A stretch of DNA of 64,000 nt from Trichodelitschia bisporula (GCA_010356995.1 ML996694.1:681224-745223), one strand, 5' to 3'; positions 12,790 to 25,770 are shown, counted from the first letter of the stretch. The notes: generated by a model from the letters alone, not told the origin. Program-made: numbers and translations.

Positions 12790-13419
12790 GCAAGGCTGGG
12801 AGGGGGGTGGGTGTAGTTTTTTGCTAGCTATTGGGTGAATTCGTTTACGGCGCCTCGGATACCTTCAGTCTGTTTTTTGGCGCTCCAGGACACGTACCCC
12901 GTTTTGCATGTAGAATTGCCGACCGATTCTCAGGCCAACTCAGCTTATGGGATTTTATGGAGTTTTGTCTCAGTGTCTAGTGAGCCCCCTGGGATGCTGC
13001 TTCTCTCTGACCCCGTTAGATTCATGAAGGAATGGCCGCCAAGTCCTGTTCATTCAGTCCTGGCCGCTCAAGTCTCTGTGAAGAATTTGCCATCTAACTT
13101 TTCCTTTCCGCACGACCTCTCTGCGCGCTCTCACCACCACGTGCAAGATTCTTCCCAGCAGCTACACTCTTCCTTATAAGTCGCCCATCTGAGCTCTGAC
13201 CATATACTATATTGATGTGAGAGCTCCTGAGTATAGTAGTCTTTCATCAGCTATAGAGAATGGATCGCTTCTGGATCCACCGATTCAGGAACTTCGAATT
13301 GGAGGGGCGTATGCCTCGTGCCGGAATGTATGCGAAATAAGGTACTGAATTTCCATCCATTCCGTTTTACTGGTATTTAATGCTATCACAGGGGCTTTAT
13401 AAATATAAAAATATGGCGT

Positions 13420-14250
13420 GGGGCCGTTGGCAAGCACCAGAATGATCCTCTTCCTTACCAGGCCAACATCAATCAGGGTGCTCATCATCCTGGGCAGGCC
13501 CACTTCACTCAGCATGGTCCTCGTTCCAAGGAAGCTGGTAAGATCCCTCTTAAAACCGCGTCACTGCGCATTCCCAGCTCCAGCACCATACTAACCGAAA
13601 CTAGAAGAAGCTGCAAAGAAGGCCAAAATGCTGGCTAACCGTGAATGGGCTCGCAAGAAGCACAGGTTCCGCCTCTATAACGGCATCCCGAAGGCGCTCT
13701 ATCGCGACTCGAGCGAAGAAGATGCACCGCGGAAGCTGGCACCTGGCGTCAAGGTTGGCATCGTCACATTTGACAAGCAGATGCATATCTACAATTTGAG
13801 CTCGAAGCTGCATTAAGCGCAGAGGCTGGTCATGCCCGACATTGAAGATCCCTTCGTGCCTGAGCACCGCGCCAAACTCCTGGCTTATACCGTATAGCTC
13901 TTCACTGAGGGCAAGTTCTCGTATATTGCGGCGACTGCGACGACGCGGGTTGTTGCGATGGTGGCTCATCAAGGAGGCCCGGACCTCATGAAGCAGACCG
14001 AAGAGGCTGTCATGAACGGCAACGCCAACATTAATTTCCCTATACCAGAGTTGTAAGTAACTGAGCCCCTATCCCAAAATACCAGCTGAGGTCGTTGACT
14101 GGTTCAGTAGCGTTGACAGAAGTATACTGGAAGAGGGTATGTGTGCCCCTTTACCTGCCGACTTGGGACAAAACCCCTTACGCTCTCATCCCGTATACTA
14201 CACTCGTGCACCTGCCAACAGGAAATGGTTCCTCTGGTGACGGGGGTCGC
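13420..14250 (+). pseudogene. Decayed chimeric sequence containing a Sec24/Sfb3-like trunk-domain fragment
   Basis: 13679-13861 reads NGIPKALY..KLAPGVKVGIVTFDKQMHIYNLSSKLH*AQRLVMPDIEDPFVP, resembling the Sec24 vWA trunk; in-frame TAA at 13814 and TAG at 13895; flanked by unrelated coding-like sequence and intron-like segments. Confidence 0.6.
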
Positions 14251-14510
14251 TCCTTCCCTCGGTGGTGGCCTCCTTCCCTCGCTTAGCCTTCTACGTCCAT
14301 TTGATTTCTCGCTTGGCGCGTGAGGAAGGTATCGCCAAGAAGGAATGCAATGCTTCCCCCTACTTATATTTCTCTGTCTCCCTCTCTCTCTTCCTCTCTC
14401 CAACCCTCTTCACCTTTCCCCAAATCCCCCACTCGTTCCCAAATCCAGTTTTCACCACCCAGCCCGGATTTTCTGCGCTGTATCTCGCGAGACTTGTCTC
14501 TGTTTCTACA

Positions 14511-17500
14511 ATGGATCCTCCCGCTATCCCCCCCAAGGGTCTGAGGCGCCCCGGAGCGTCCCAAGGCACGGGAGCCAGTCCGGGTGCTACACCGGGCAAG
14601 CTGTCTTTGTTCCCTCGTATCCCCGAGCAGAAGCCTCAGCAGCTCGCTAGAGGCACCCCTTACAAGGCCACTGGCAGCAGCATTCCTCGGGCGGCGACTG
14701 GCGCTCGGAACTTTACAGCGCCCGCGCGTGACGCTCCTGCTGCTCTCTTTGGCCGCGAAGAGGTCAACGCTGCGATGCCGCCAAAGATCGATCGCGACGC
14801 GTTTGCTAAAGCGCAGCCTATGAGCGTTCGATTTGCGGCTGCCGCACCTGTTGGGGTACGTATACCACCTAAGTTTGTCTGCGCGAGTGCTAACCATTGC
14901 TAGGCCCAAGCTCCATCTTTCGGCTTTTCACAGACTCCGGGGCGTCGCAACGTGACGCAGGGGAGCTTCTTCGACCACGACTCGGATGATGACTTGCTGT
15001 ATGACCGTCCTCAGGGTAACAGGGCGGCCAGCACCCCGACGGTCTCGCGGAGCAACACCGACGAGAGTGGCAAGTCCACTAGCGGGAAGAAAAGCGGCTC
15101 GTTCAGCAAGATGTTCAAAAAGAAGAAGGACATTGCTGTGTACGACTCTACCACTCCCATGCCGGATAAGGCCGCGCGGCTTCTTGGGCATCAAATGGCG
15201 TCTACCTCCTCTCTGCCTCTCAAGAAAGTGAGGAAGTCGCCTTTCGATCCGGTACCATCGTCGTCGACTTCGTCCTCGTCGGACCAGTGGCCTCTGCTCG
15301 GCAACCATGATGCCACTCTTTCGGTTCCGGACCTCAAGAAAAAGAAGTCGTTCACCTTCGGAGAGGCAAACGCCTCGATGACATCCTTCAGCCGCTACGC
15401 GCTTAAGACGAAGAAGTCGATGCCAGGTCAGGCTCTGCGTGCTGCATTCCGCAGCACCAGCCAAAACACCAAGAAGCACGACTCGGGTGACTCCTGGGAT
15501 TTTAAGTGCGATGGTCTGATGGACAACTATCCTGGGAACTTCTACCAGCAAGCGGGCCCGTCTGCCGCTTCTGAGGCTTCACAGGACACGCAGAGCGTCG
15601 AGGATACCACGTCGCCTGCCCAGATTATCTATGGTCGTGCCGCCGGAATGAGCTTCGAGGGGGTTAGAGAGGTTGATAACATGGTTCGTTATAATCGCGT
15701 AGCTCGCGACGAGCAGATTTCGTTTAGCTATATCTATAGCCGGCCTGTTATAAGGTGTATATATACTTTCTTACGTCTGGTTTCAATCTCGTTCATACAT
15801 ATATCGCAATCCGCTTGTCTCATTCTGACTTGCTTGTTACCTCTCTCTTACTTATATCGCAAGCGGCTTGTCATCCTGACTTGTTTGTCGACCTCTCTCG
15901 TCTCAGGGCAACTTTCTGCCATCGGCCTCAGGGCCTCTCTTTGCGTATCTTGGTCGGGATTACTACTCCCCACATTTCACCTTTCCATCCGGTCTCAAGC
16001 AAGCTAACATCTGCAGAACACGCCTCCAGTCCCTCCAGTCCCGGAAGAACTAAAGGACCGTCTCCGTCTTCGCGGTGGAGATACTTCTCCGGAGCCTGCT
16101 TCGCGCCTTCCTATTCCATCTTCCAAGACTGGACTCGCGAGCCCGCGCTCGTACACTCCGACGCTGCCGGCGAATGGTTCCTCTGAGCAGCCTGGCTTCT
16201 TTCTCGCTCCCTGTGATCAGGAGTCCCGTGCTTCGTCGCGCGCCAGCAGCACTGGCACCGTTATTCCCGCGCCATTCACACAAGCTCCTGCGCAGACCAC
16301 CAACACCGCTGGATCCGCGCCGTCACTTCGCACGCAATCAAGCTGGGAGACCGTGTCGAGCGCCAACACAATTCGCCCCGCCAATACTGACGAAAACGCG
16401 GAGAATATTCCCGCCATCCGCGATTCCATTTTGGTCGCACGGCAAAAAACTCTGGACCTCCTGACTGGCCGCGATCGTGACATGAATGAGGAGGTTGACT
16501 CTGCGCCTGACGTCGAGGCGTGGTACGAAGAGCGATCGCGCAACGCCGCCAATCGCGATACCCAGTCACCCTCGCAGTCGCAGCACGCCGATAATCATTC
16601 CACCACCGAAAACCTTGCGAGCGGCAACGAAGACGACGATAGCATGGGTCGATTCCGTGTTAACTCGTGCGGTTCCGTGGAGGATACCGAGGGTTCGCTT
16701 CGCCCGATTCCGGAGCACCTCATCCGCTCATCTACCCCGCCGCGTCCTACACACGCTACTGCTCAGATTCCACCGCCTGTGTTCCGGCAGTCTGATGACG
16801 TGAGCTCCTCCATGGCTAATCTGAACATTGCGGCGAACGAAGCTCTGAGGGCTGCGCAGTCTGCGCTTCAGGGGCAAGCGGACAACGGCGATGAGCACGT
16901 GACCCAGGCTAACATGAACACTGGCACTCAGCATCTGCACCCTCCATCGCTCGCGCAGCGTCTGGCGGCTGGCAGCACGGAGAGCCTTGCGTCCACTGCT
17001 ATCGAAGTCAACAACGAGGAGGTCGTTGCTCCGGTTCCTCCTGGCAACACCAACATTGCTGCAGGGGTGTCTTTCAACGCCTACCTGGATGCCCAGACGA
17101 CAAACATGAATGCTTCCCAGCGCCATGTCAATTCCGCGGCTCAGGCGCCGACCGTCATCGTCACGGACGACCAGCCTCCAGCCTACGCCGAGGTCCAGGG
17201 GTCCAGCTTCACTGTTTCTGACTCGCCTAACAACGACCACCCGGTGTCGTCGAACAACATCAACATCGGTGGATCGTCCAACAGCATGTCCTCCCGCATG
17301 GCTCTGCTTGAGCAGATCGTTCGCGCTCAAGCCGACAAAATCTCTTCGCTCGAGGAGCAAGTTGCCATCGGCCGTGCTTTCATGCAGCGCGCCCACGACG
17401 GCGTCTCTCTCGCCGTTGGCACAGACAGCCTGCTGGCCATCATGGTCGCAGAGCAAGCCTCTCGGATCCGCTCGCTCAACGCCGAAGTCGACCAACTCAA

Positions 17501-18059
17501 CAATCAAGTCACTCACCAGAAGCGCGGCCTTGGTCTCATGAATCGCCACGTCTCTGGTGTTATCCAGTGGGTCACTGAGGAGATCAAGCCTGTCGCTGGT
17601 CATTCCGAGATGTTCGAGAAGTTCGAATATGCCCTCCAGCACGTCTTGTGCGAGCAGGACCAGATCAAGGAGAAGCTTGAAGCCATCGAGGGTCGTCAAG
17701 ATGACTTCCACGCGGACCTGGAGTCGCTCTTCCTGAAGAACCGGGATATCGTGGCGAAGATCAACGAGAACCGCGAGCTTATAGACCTTGGTGACCGGCA
17801 GCTGCACAAGCACACCGCCGAGACAGCTGAGGCCGTCAGCCTCATCACCACCCGCCTTGAGAAGCTGACTGCTCAATCCTCGACCACAACCTCTATCTTG
17901 AGCGCCGCGATCCCTCCCCTCGTTCGAGATTTCACATCTCGCTCGACTGAAGAATCCAACGACTGGCATCATCAGGACCTTGCGGCGATCAGCGGCGCTT
18001 TGACTCGTCTTCAGGGTCTGGCTCAGGCGCGTCTCTCGGGCTCTCGCCGCTTTGAGTAA
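14511..18059 (+). CDS. Uncharacterised large low-complexity protein with C-terminal coiled coil, 3 exons
   Basis: Introns 14856-14903 and 15684-16016 (both phase 0) join the 14511, 14952 and 16017/16353 frames without stops; heptad-like C-terminus. Confidence 0.7.
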
Positions 18060-18762
18060 TGCGCTTTCGATCTCAACACATGACACGAGATTTAATTATC
18101 GGCATTTTTTCCGGAGTCCGGAGTCCAGCGGCGGCGAGCCACTCACGGCATCAACGCTGCTCACTGCTATGCTTATGATACCCCACCCCGCGATTGACTT
18201 TTCCCTTCCCCCTTGCTCATCTAACACAACGTTAACGAACGCCAGCAAACCCGATTGACAGTGGGCGGTCTTTGAGACAGTCTGGAATCACGGGTGGTTA
18301 GTAGTCGACATGGTTGTTAATGGATTTTCGAGGAGGATAACCCCATAGAACCGTGTAAGCTAGATAGTGACAACTCTTAGAGTAGTTGCAATCCAAGTTT
18401 TCACAAAATACTGCGCCCCTTGACATACATGTGATGGTGATGTTTATGTGATCCTCGGCTTAGTGTCCAAGAAAACAAGGTAGCTGTTGCAACTCAGGCC
18501 GTAGTCAGTCAACCTTTCAGCACTGACATATCGTGAAATATCAGCCTAAGCCTCGTCTTTTGTCTTTCACCTACGGAACTCCGCCGCTCAATGAGTAATG
18601 TATCAGCAATACAGCATCCTGCATGCACCCAGCTTCCATGTGCCAACCCTCCAAAGCGCCTTCCTTTAATCGAAGGAATCGGCCCAGTCATTACCAAAGC
18701 CGTAGTTAAAAACATCCGCCAGTCAAGATCGCGCGTGCCACCACCATCCCATCATCACTGCC

Positions 18763-20360
18763 CTACTTACTTGCCGTCATCGCCGAACTCATCCCCAAGA
18801 TCCCCATTCCCACAAACGCAAACGTCATGCACAGGTTCCGATTATGCGTCCGCTCCAAGCTCTCGGAGAACAGCTGCAACGCAACACTAGCCATGATACC
18901 CGCTGCGCACCATAAATTAGCACCATCCAAATCTGCCAAACTCACATCCACAGAGAAGAAAAACTTACCAACAACCGCAAACAAACTCCCGTAAACCGCC
19001 TCCCCAACCGGACCCGCCCCACCGTCTCCATACTTCCCACCCAGCCAAATCGCCGCAATTCCAGCGCCAAGCGGCTGCGTCAGCCCGCCGAGCAGCGTAC
19101 TCCACAACATGGCCTTAGGCCGGGAATTGAAGGCGAGGTACAGCGGAAGGGCCATGGCGAAGCCTTCGGTTATGTTGTGGATGAAGAGGGTGAGGAAGAC
19201 GGAGACGCCGAGGCGCGGATTTACGTGGTTGGTGGCGTAGGTTATGAAGCCTTCGGGGATTTTGTGGAGGGCGATGGCGAGACTGGTTTGCAGGCCGATG
19301 GAGAGGAAGGCGTTTTCGGGGACGTGGTGGTGGTGGGAGGCGGCATGGTTGTGGTCGTGGGAGTGGTGGCTGTGGTTGGCGTGGGAGTTGTGGGAATGGT
19401 GGGAGTGATGGGAGTGGGAGCTGCGGGCACGGTGGGGGGAGCGGGCAGAAGTATTGGTCTCACTATCAGAGAAGGGGCCATCGAGCTGTGTGAGAGTCGT
19501 AGCCTCTTCTCCCACATGAGGAAGCAGATGCTCTGATGGCATCGCTGCCTTTTGGTGCATGTGAGACAGCGGACGAAGTGACGCCCTATTGACAATCTTG
19601 AAGCACTCCGCGCCGCACGGATCCGTAAATCCGTAGCAGCGACCGTTATCGTCACAGATTTTGGTATTCAGGACGAGTTGACTGACGGTCTCCTTCAGCG
19701 TTGGCCGGCGGATAGGCTTCAGGTCCTCCCTCTCTCGCGTCTCAGCGAGCAGCGGTTGCGTCTCGGCATGAGATTGACCGTTGGTCCCGTACGCCTTCTG
19801 GATGTGGCTGCTACGGCGGCGGGGCATGTGTGGTGGATGGTCAGGCAGATGGGGAAAGCCGTTCTCCTCATCCTCGTGGGTGTGCTCACAGTCGACGATA
19901 TGCGTCGGGATGAAGCGATGCAGCACCCGCGAGGCAACCTGGATCCCAAGAGCACCCACAAGAAACAAAGCAATGAGGATCCAGGCTGACGCACTGGGAG
20001 AGAATCCTCCTTGCTGAAGCGACGACCTTGCCTTGGGCAACATGCTGTACAGCGCTAGGAAAAGCTGGGCACGTGAGTTTCGAGTCGTACTCTCGTGAAC
20101 ACCCGACCACATACCATGACACCGAAACTGAGGCTGAGCGCTGAGGAGAGAAACGGATCGCTATCTTGGATTCTGAAGGTGCTGCTAGGCCGTATCCACC
20201 TTGCCACGATGTCGACGCAAATGAACGAGGCTCCGATCATGTTGGCTACAAAGGATAATTAGGCTTCCCCATTCCGGAACATCCAAGAAATCGTGAAGAG
20301 CATACCGACTCCGCTCAAGACTGACATGATCCATCCTCGCGTGTCATTGTCTAATAGCAT
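18763..20360 (-). CDS. ZIP-family zinc transporter (Zrt3-like), 4 exons
   Basis: MLLDNDTRGWIMS.., His-rich loop (HSHHSHHSHNSH..HHHH), AIALHKIPEG and HNITEG motifs. Confidence 0.9.
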
Positions 20361-21307
20361 TGTGGGAGCTTGTTGAGGTCGGGCTCTGGGCTGGTGGCGC
20401 AGCGAGGGTACCAAGTACACTACGGATGTAGATCGGCAGGATCCGACGGAGAACGGCCGGTAGAGACGACAAAGCTATACTAAGAAGCGGAGACGACCGA
20501 ATATGGGGGCTAAACAAGAAGAACCGGTGAGAATGTCAGGACTTTGATGATTTGCACACCTTCGCGATGTTGATGGAGGTTGTCGCGCTGGTGCCGTCAC
20601 CGTTGCCAACCCGATCTTGGCAGGCCCCTGCGGGCCATTTGCCATGTGGAGCTGGAGAAGGTTCATCGCCAACTGTCCAATCACGAACAAGATAGTAGGA
20701 TTGCGGCCACAACCCAACGTTCGTCAAGCAAGTCCTACTGCTAAGTTGAGGAACAACGAGAGGAAAACGATGTCCGTGTTACTAAACCATGTAACACCTC
20801 CTGTCAATCTGCCTTGCCTTCATCGACATTCAAGACTGCCTTTGACCGCTTATACGAGTATCGGCCTACGGCCGTCTACGCACCCCGGCTGCTCGCTTGC
20901 ACACAGCCCGCTATCAGCTGCTCATGAGGTCCTGTGGCTGCTGTCAGCCTCAGAGACTGGCGTAAGGATGACTGGCCCCCACTTTGCTTTAGGATCATTC
21001 CAAAGCGCCTGAAAACGGCAAGAAGCGACGGCGACCTGACTTTGGGTCTCCTATAAGTTCCCTCTTGTAGCCACCCTCCTCACTCCAAACCAGCCACTTC
21101 TGTCCCATTCGCCCATCGGAAGATATCGCCGCCAATCGCCAGTTACTTGACGCGCAACCCCACTTCAAAGGTGCCCACATCCTCCCTTACCCGCAGAGTA
21201 ACCCCGCCCCCACACTTGGAACCAACAAAGCCAAGCGAAGCGTCCACGAACCTAACTCTAACTTCCATACAGGAACGAACATCTGTAGTTGCATCTACTG
21301 TACCGCC

Positions 21308-21820
21308 ATGTCACTTCAACACTCTCAGTTTACGGTCTCCATAGCGCCGGAGCCGCTTCCCTCCGCCCGGACGCCGGTGTCCATCTTCCTCGCCGGCTCC
21401 ATCGAAATGGGCAAGGCAGTCGACTGGCAGGCGGAAGTCACGAAGGGGCTGACTCACTTACCCGTTACCATCTTCAATCCGCGGCGCAGCGACTGGGACG
21501 GCAACTGGAAGCAGGACATCGCTGAGCCCCAGTTCAAGGAGCAGGTCGACTGGGAGATGGACCGCCTGGAGTCGTCCGACGTGATTGCGCTCTATCTGCA
21601 GCCGACGACCATGAGCCCCATCAGCTTGTTGGAGCTGGGAATGCACGCGGCTGGCGGCAAGGTGGTGGTGTGCTGTCCCGAGGGGTTTTGGCGCCGCGGC
21701 AACGTCCAGATTGTTTGTCACCGGTACGGTCTTGAGCTTGTCAAGGATATCCCGACGCTGGTCAAGCGCCTTGAGGCACGCCTGCATCAAGCGATGGAGA
21801 ACAAGGCCAACATCCCTTGA
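21308..21820 (+). CDS. Nucleoside 2-deoxyribosyltransferase-like protein, intronless
   Basis: IFLAGSIEMG..DWQ..IFNPRRSDWD..QVDWE..SPISLLELG..VCCPEGFWRRGNV. Confidence 0.85.
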   Translation: MSLQHSQFTVSIAPEPLPSARTPVSIFLAGSIEMGKAVDWQAEVTKGLTHLPVTIFNPRRSDWDGNWKQDIAEPQFKEQVDWEMDRLESSDVIALYLQPTTMSPISLLELGMHAAGGKVVVCCPEGFWRRGNVQIVCHRYGLELVKDIPTLVKRLEARLHQAMENKANIP

Positions 21821-22711
21821 TCAGAGAGCAATGGACCATACGTTCTGCGAGGCCTTTTGGGATTTCCGGGTTATGGGAGCGCCACGGGTTCGACTTTACG
21901 AGCGTTACTGCCTCACGGCTCTTATGATTGGATTGGGGGTTAGCCCACATCGACTGGTACGTATCTGCGGAGTACAGGCGTGCATATTTTCCTTAGTCTC
22001 GCAAGTTATGAACCTACAGTTTTCCTGCTCTGTATCAGATTATCTGCTTTCCACTGTGTCTACCAGCCGCCGCTTGCCGTTGTTTGCCTATTGCCGTCGT
22101 CCGCAGGGTCCATGCCGACATGAGCATAAATCGCGCCCAGCCAGGCTGCATTGGCAAATTGGCCGGTATGGCTCCGTCGGCACAATATTAGCTGTCCAGC
22201 TGCCTTCTGCAAGCGAAGTGTGGGCATATAGGTTCCCATAGGACGTGGAAGTAACGTGATAGCAGGTAACGTGATAGCAGTTCGTCCCTTCATCGTGCCT
22301 TCCTCCACAACAAAGGCCTGCTCACCGCCTTCTCCACGAACCAGGCGTCTCTCCCTCGATGCCCGGTGACGCTCCTTCCTCCGTATCTCCTGGACTGTTC
22401 CACTAGCTTCGTAATCGGCCTCCGTGGTCCAACGCACGACCCCACACTCCAGGAGGTAGTTCCAGTAGCACAGGCCAATTCACTCATGGCTTCATCCTCT
22501 CCACGGCTCCCATATTTACCTCCTCCGCAACCTCCTCATCCTCCTCTCCCCGCACCCGCACCCTCACTTGCATCTTCGTCACCTTGCCCACAGCAGCATT
22601 CGCACACTGCGTTTCTCGCTTGACAGCGTCATAGGTATTCAGGCTCCCTGTGTCTGGACATATTGCTGACTTTTGCAGTACTTCGGAATTTCGCTTGTTC
22701 AGCGTCGACAT

Positions 22712-24925
22712 CATGATGCCTCCCAAGGCTTTCGATTGGTCAGCCCGTGTGGATGATCCGAGCAATCTCTCTTTCTTCTCGTTCTCGCCCCCGCGCGGGG
22801 ACGGGAACATGAGCAAGGCCGGAGCGAAGGCAGATGCGAAGGCCCAGAAAGTCGAGACCAACACAACCCCTACTCCCCAATCGAACAGCCATGATTTCAC
22901 AGGTCAGCGTGCTCCAGTTCCAATCTCGTTCATCAACGGCCTCTTGTCCGGTCAATCGGGTTCCCACATGGAGACATCTGTCTATCGTCAAGGTACGCTC
23001 TTTTGTAGACCATCTGGAATTTCTGCAAGCTTAGTGCGCTTGGATATATCCGGTTCAGAACTGACAGTTTGAAAGGTTCCTCCAAGCAGCCTGTGGCAGA
23101 GCGTGGTCTCGAGAACTCAGAGGTCACCCCACGCGGCCTTCAAGCTTCCAAGCATGCCATGCGTGGTCAGGTGGTCTCATCCGCCATGAGTAGTCTTGAA
23201 CGCTCGAATCACGCTGTCGTTGCCAATGATGGCCAGGAGAGCTTCTCCACCCAGTCCGTTGCTTCTGTCGCGGGCGGTGCCTCGCGTTCTCAGGTGGTCT
23301 CGTCCAACATGCGTGGTCTTGAACGCTCGAAGCACACCGTTCCTGCCGATGTTCGCCAGGAAAACTTCTTCAACAAGTCCGTTGCTTCTATCACGGGCGG
23401 TATCTCGCGTTCTCAGACGTCCACCGTCGCGCAGGGTCTTGAGGCGTCAAAGAATACCACCAGCGCCGCGATTAGCAAGGATATCATTTTGAACAAGCTC
23501 TTTGCTACTCTCTCGATCGATACCGCGGACTCGCTTCAAGTTCATCGTGAGGTGGAAGATGAGTCGAAGCCTAATTCTGAGGTTTCCGCATGGCAGATGA
23601 AAATCGACCGGTATGAGCGGGAGTTCGCAGCTCTGCGCCTTAAGCTCGAGAAAGCTCTGGATGCCGTCATTAATTCTGGTAAACATCTGAAGGAGGCCTC
23701 CGATCAGTCCCCGGATCTTCGCGACCCGGTCATGGCTGCGCATATTGGTGCCATTCGTGCGGGCGGTATGACTCATATGGAGCAGAGCCGCCAGATCAAA
23801 AAGATAGGGGAGGCCATGATCGCGCTTGAGAAGGCTTACCTCTCCCGCAAGAAGGAACTTGAGGGTTGCATGGCAGAGCACCTCGCAGCGAACAAGTCCA
23901 CGAACGAGAAAATGGCGGAGCACGGTGATATGGCCCTCCAAGTTCACACCAAATCTGCGGCTCATCGGACAGTCGTGCTGAAGAAAGCTCGTCTTCAGCA
24001 GGAAGTCGCTCAGCACGAGGCCGATGCTGCCAGGATAGACAAGGAGCTCAAAATGCGCCATCATGAGCTTCAGAAGGCTCGGGCGTCTCACAAGGCAGCC
24101 CTTGCGGAAGTAGCCAAGGGGCATGGCGCGGCTGACCGTTCTACGGCGGATCGAGCTCCTATCGAACATGCTGCTGCTCAGGACGAAGCTTCCATCGAGC
24201 ATCATGGTACTCAGAATGAAGATGATCAGGACCAGGATGATGAGGCCGTGGATCATCCCAAGTTTTGGCCTATCCCTGTACTGCGCCAGCGTAAGTGAAA
24301 TGTATGCGCTCACCGATTGAGCTAATGTATGACAGGTACCGACCTGCGGGCGGTTCGTCTCTTGAACATCCCAGAGGGCGGGACTATCCAGTTTGTTGAG
24401 CGCCTAATCTGGGGTGGTCCGCTTGAGAGGCTCGACTTTACGCCTGGCCAGACCACCGCCGTAGCGACCTTTATGTGTCACAAGCACCTGGTTCGCTACT
24501 ACCGCGACGCGCATATCGGGGTTGAGTGGCCTGATAGCTCGCGCGTCGTGGACCTGGAGATTCTTGAAGGTACTCCGCCTCTTGAGCGTCGCTGGGAGGC
24601 TATTTCGGCGACGCGCTGTGTCCGTATCACTGGCTTGCCCTCGCACTGGAGCATTGACGCTTGCACAAACTTCGCTGGGGCCTCCGCGAACAACATCGTC
24701 AAGGTGCGCACGGGTAAAACCGACGGTCATGTAAGCCCTCCTCGTAAACTGGCATTCCCCTTAGCCCAGCTCATCGATTCTCAGGAGCGTGCCGTCGAAT
24801 ATCGTTTCAACTCGGTTCAGGATGCGGACGCTCTCATGACCAAGGTGCGTAATGAACTTCGTTTCAAGCACTGCGCTGTCGTCTTTGCGGATGATCCTTG
24901 CCAGTTTCAACCTGCGGAGGCCTAG
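22712..24925 (+). CDS. Uncharacterised protein: internal repeats, coiled coil, C-terminal RRM-like folds; ~4 exons
   Basis: Introns ~22992-23067, 24291-24335, 24731-24784; RAVRLLNIP..LIWGGPLE..AVATF and TRCVRITGLP..VEYRFNSVQDA..VVFADDPC resemble fungal tandem RRM-like domains. Confidence 0.7.
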
Positions 24926-25050
24926 GCGTAGACGACAGCAACTCGGCGGCATCCTCCTGCGTACTTGTGTCATCGGCTGGGAAATCCTAAGTTTGCGGGT
25001 TGAATGCTGTTTCGTGTTTTGTAGGCGAGGGGAGGAAGCATCATGCTTTA

Positions 25051-25179
25051 CGGATCCTTCTTGACAATGCCGCTTTAGTGATAATCGTAATCGGAGTTTC
25101 CGCAGTTTGTGTGCGGATCTTTCTTGACAAGGCCGCTTTTAGTGGTAATCGTAATCGGAGTTTCCGCAGTTTTTGTGTG
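25051..25179. repeat. Tandem duplication, ~63 bp x2
   Basis: CGGATC(C/T)TTCTTGACAA(T/G)GCCGCTTT..TAATCGTAATCGGAGTTTCCGCAGTTT..GTGTG occurs twice head to tail. Confidence 0.9.
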
Positions 25180-25213
25180 CCTGTGATATGCGTGATGATG
25201 TGGAACGTGTTAG

Positions 25214-25770
25214 CTAGACCAGGTCCGCCAGTCTGCTAGAGGGTATGATCGAGTGCTCTGCATTGCCCTCTGGATGCGAAGGCGGTTTCTTGCCGGTTTC
25301 TTGAACTCCGGTTTCTTGTAGAGATGTCCATCGATGTGGTCCTTCGGTGTGGTTGATCGTTGTGATCCTTCGGTGCGATCCTTTGGTGTTCCTTGCGTTC
25401 AGGTCGATGGCCTGCCATCTGTTAACTGGCAATGCGCTTCCATTTACGAGTACTCACTCTACTCCATGCTCGATGAAAGCGACCTCCTTCCGTGCAATCC
25501 GGCCTTTAGGCTTCGGGACTGAGGGCCGCGGTCGGTAATGTCCGAGATGCCGAATGTAAGGTTGCACGACAATGCGCTGACGTTAGCAAGTGAGAACGAA
25601 AGTGTAAGGAGTCGAGTTCTTCGTGAATTAACTTGCTGAAATGGAGGACGGGCCCCGGGTACCCGGAAAAGGCTGTGGGTGTCCTGATTAGGCATTGTCG
25701 AGGGCAGGGGGGTCACGTAGTTTACCGATGGCCTGGGAGTATCGGTGAGGAAGGTATTCGACTTGTTCAT
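25214..25770 (-). other. Putative spliced orphan gene or lncRNA
   Basis: Three intron-like segments (25684-25725, 25577-~25632, 25419-25457) with donor, branch site and AG; pyrimidine-rich leader at 25810-25970; no recognisable homology. Confidence 0.35.

Noticed and set aside
16728..18086. 452-aa antisense ORF (also 23447-24313, 52543-53442, 56031-56864 and similar)
   Set aside because: Shadow ORFs opposite real genes, expected in GC-rich codon-biased DNA.
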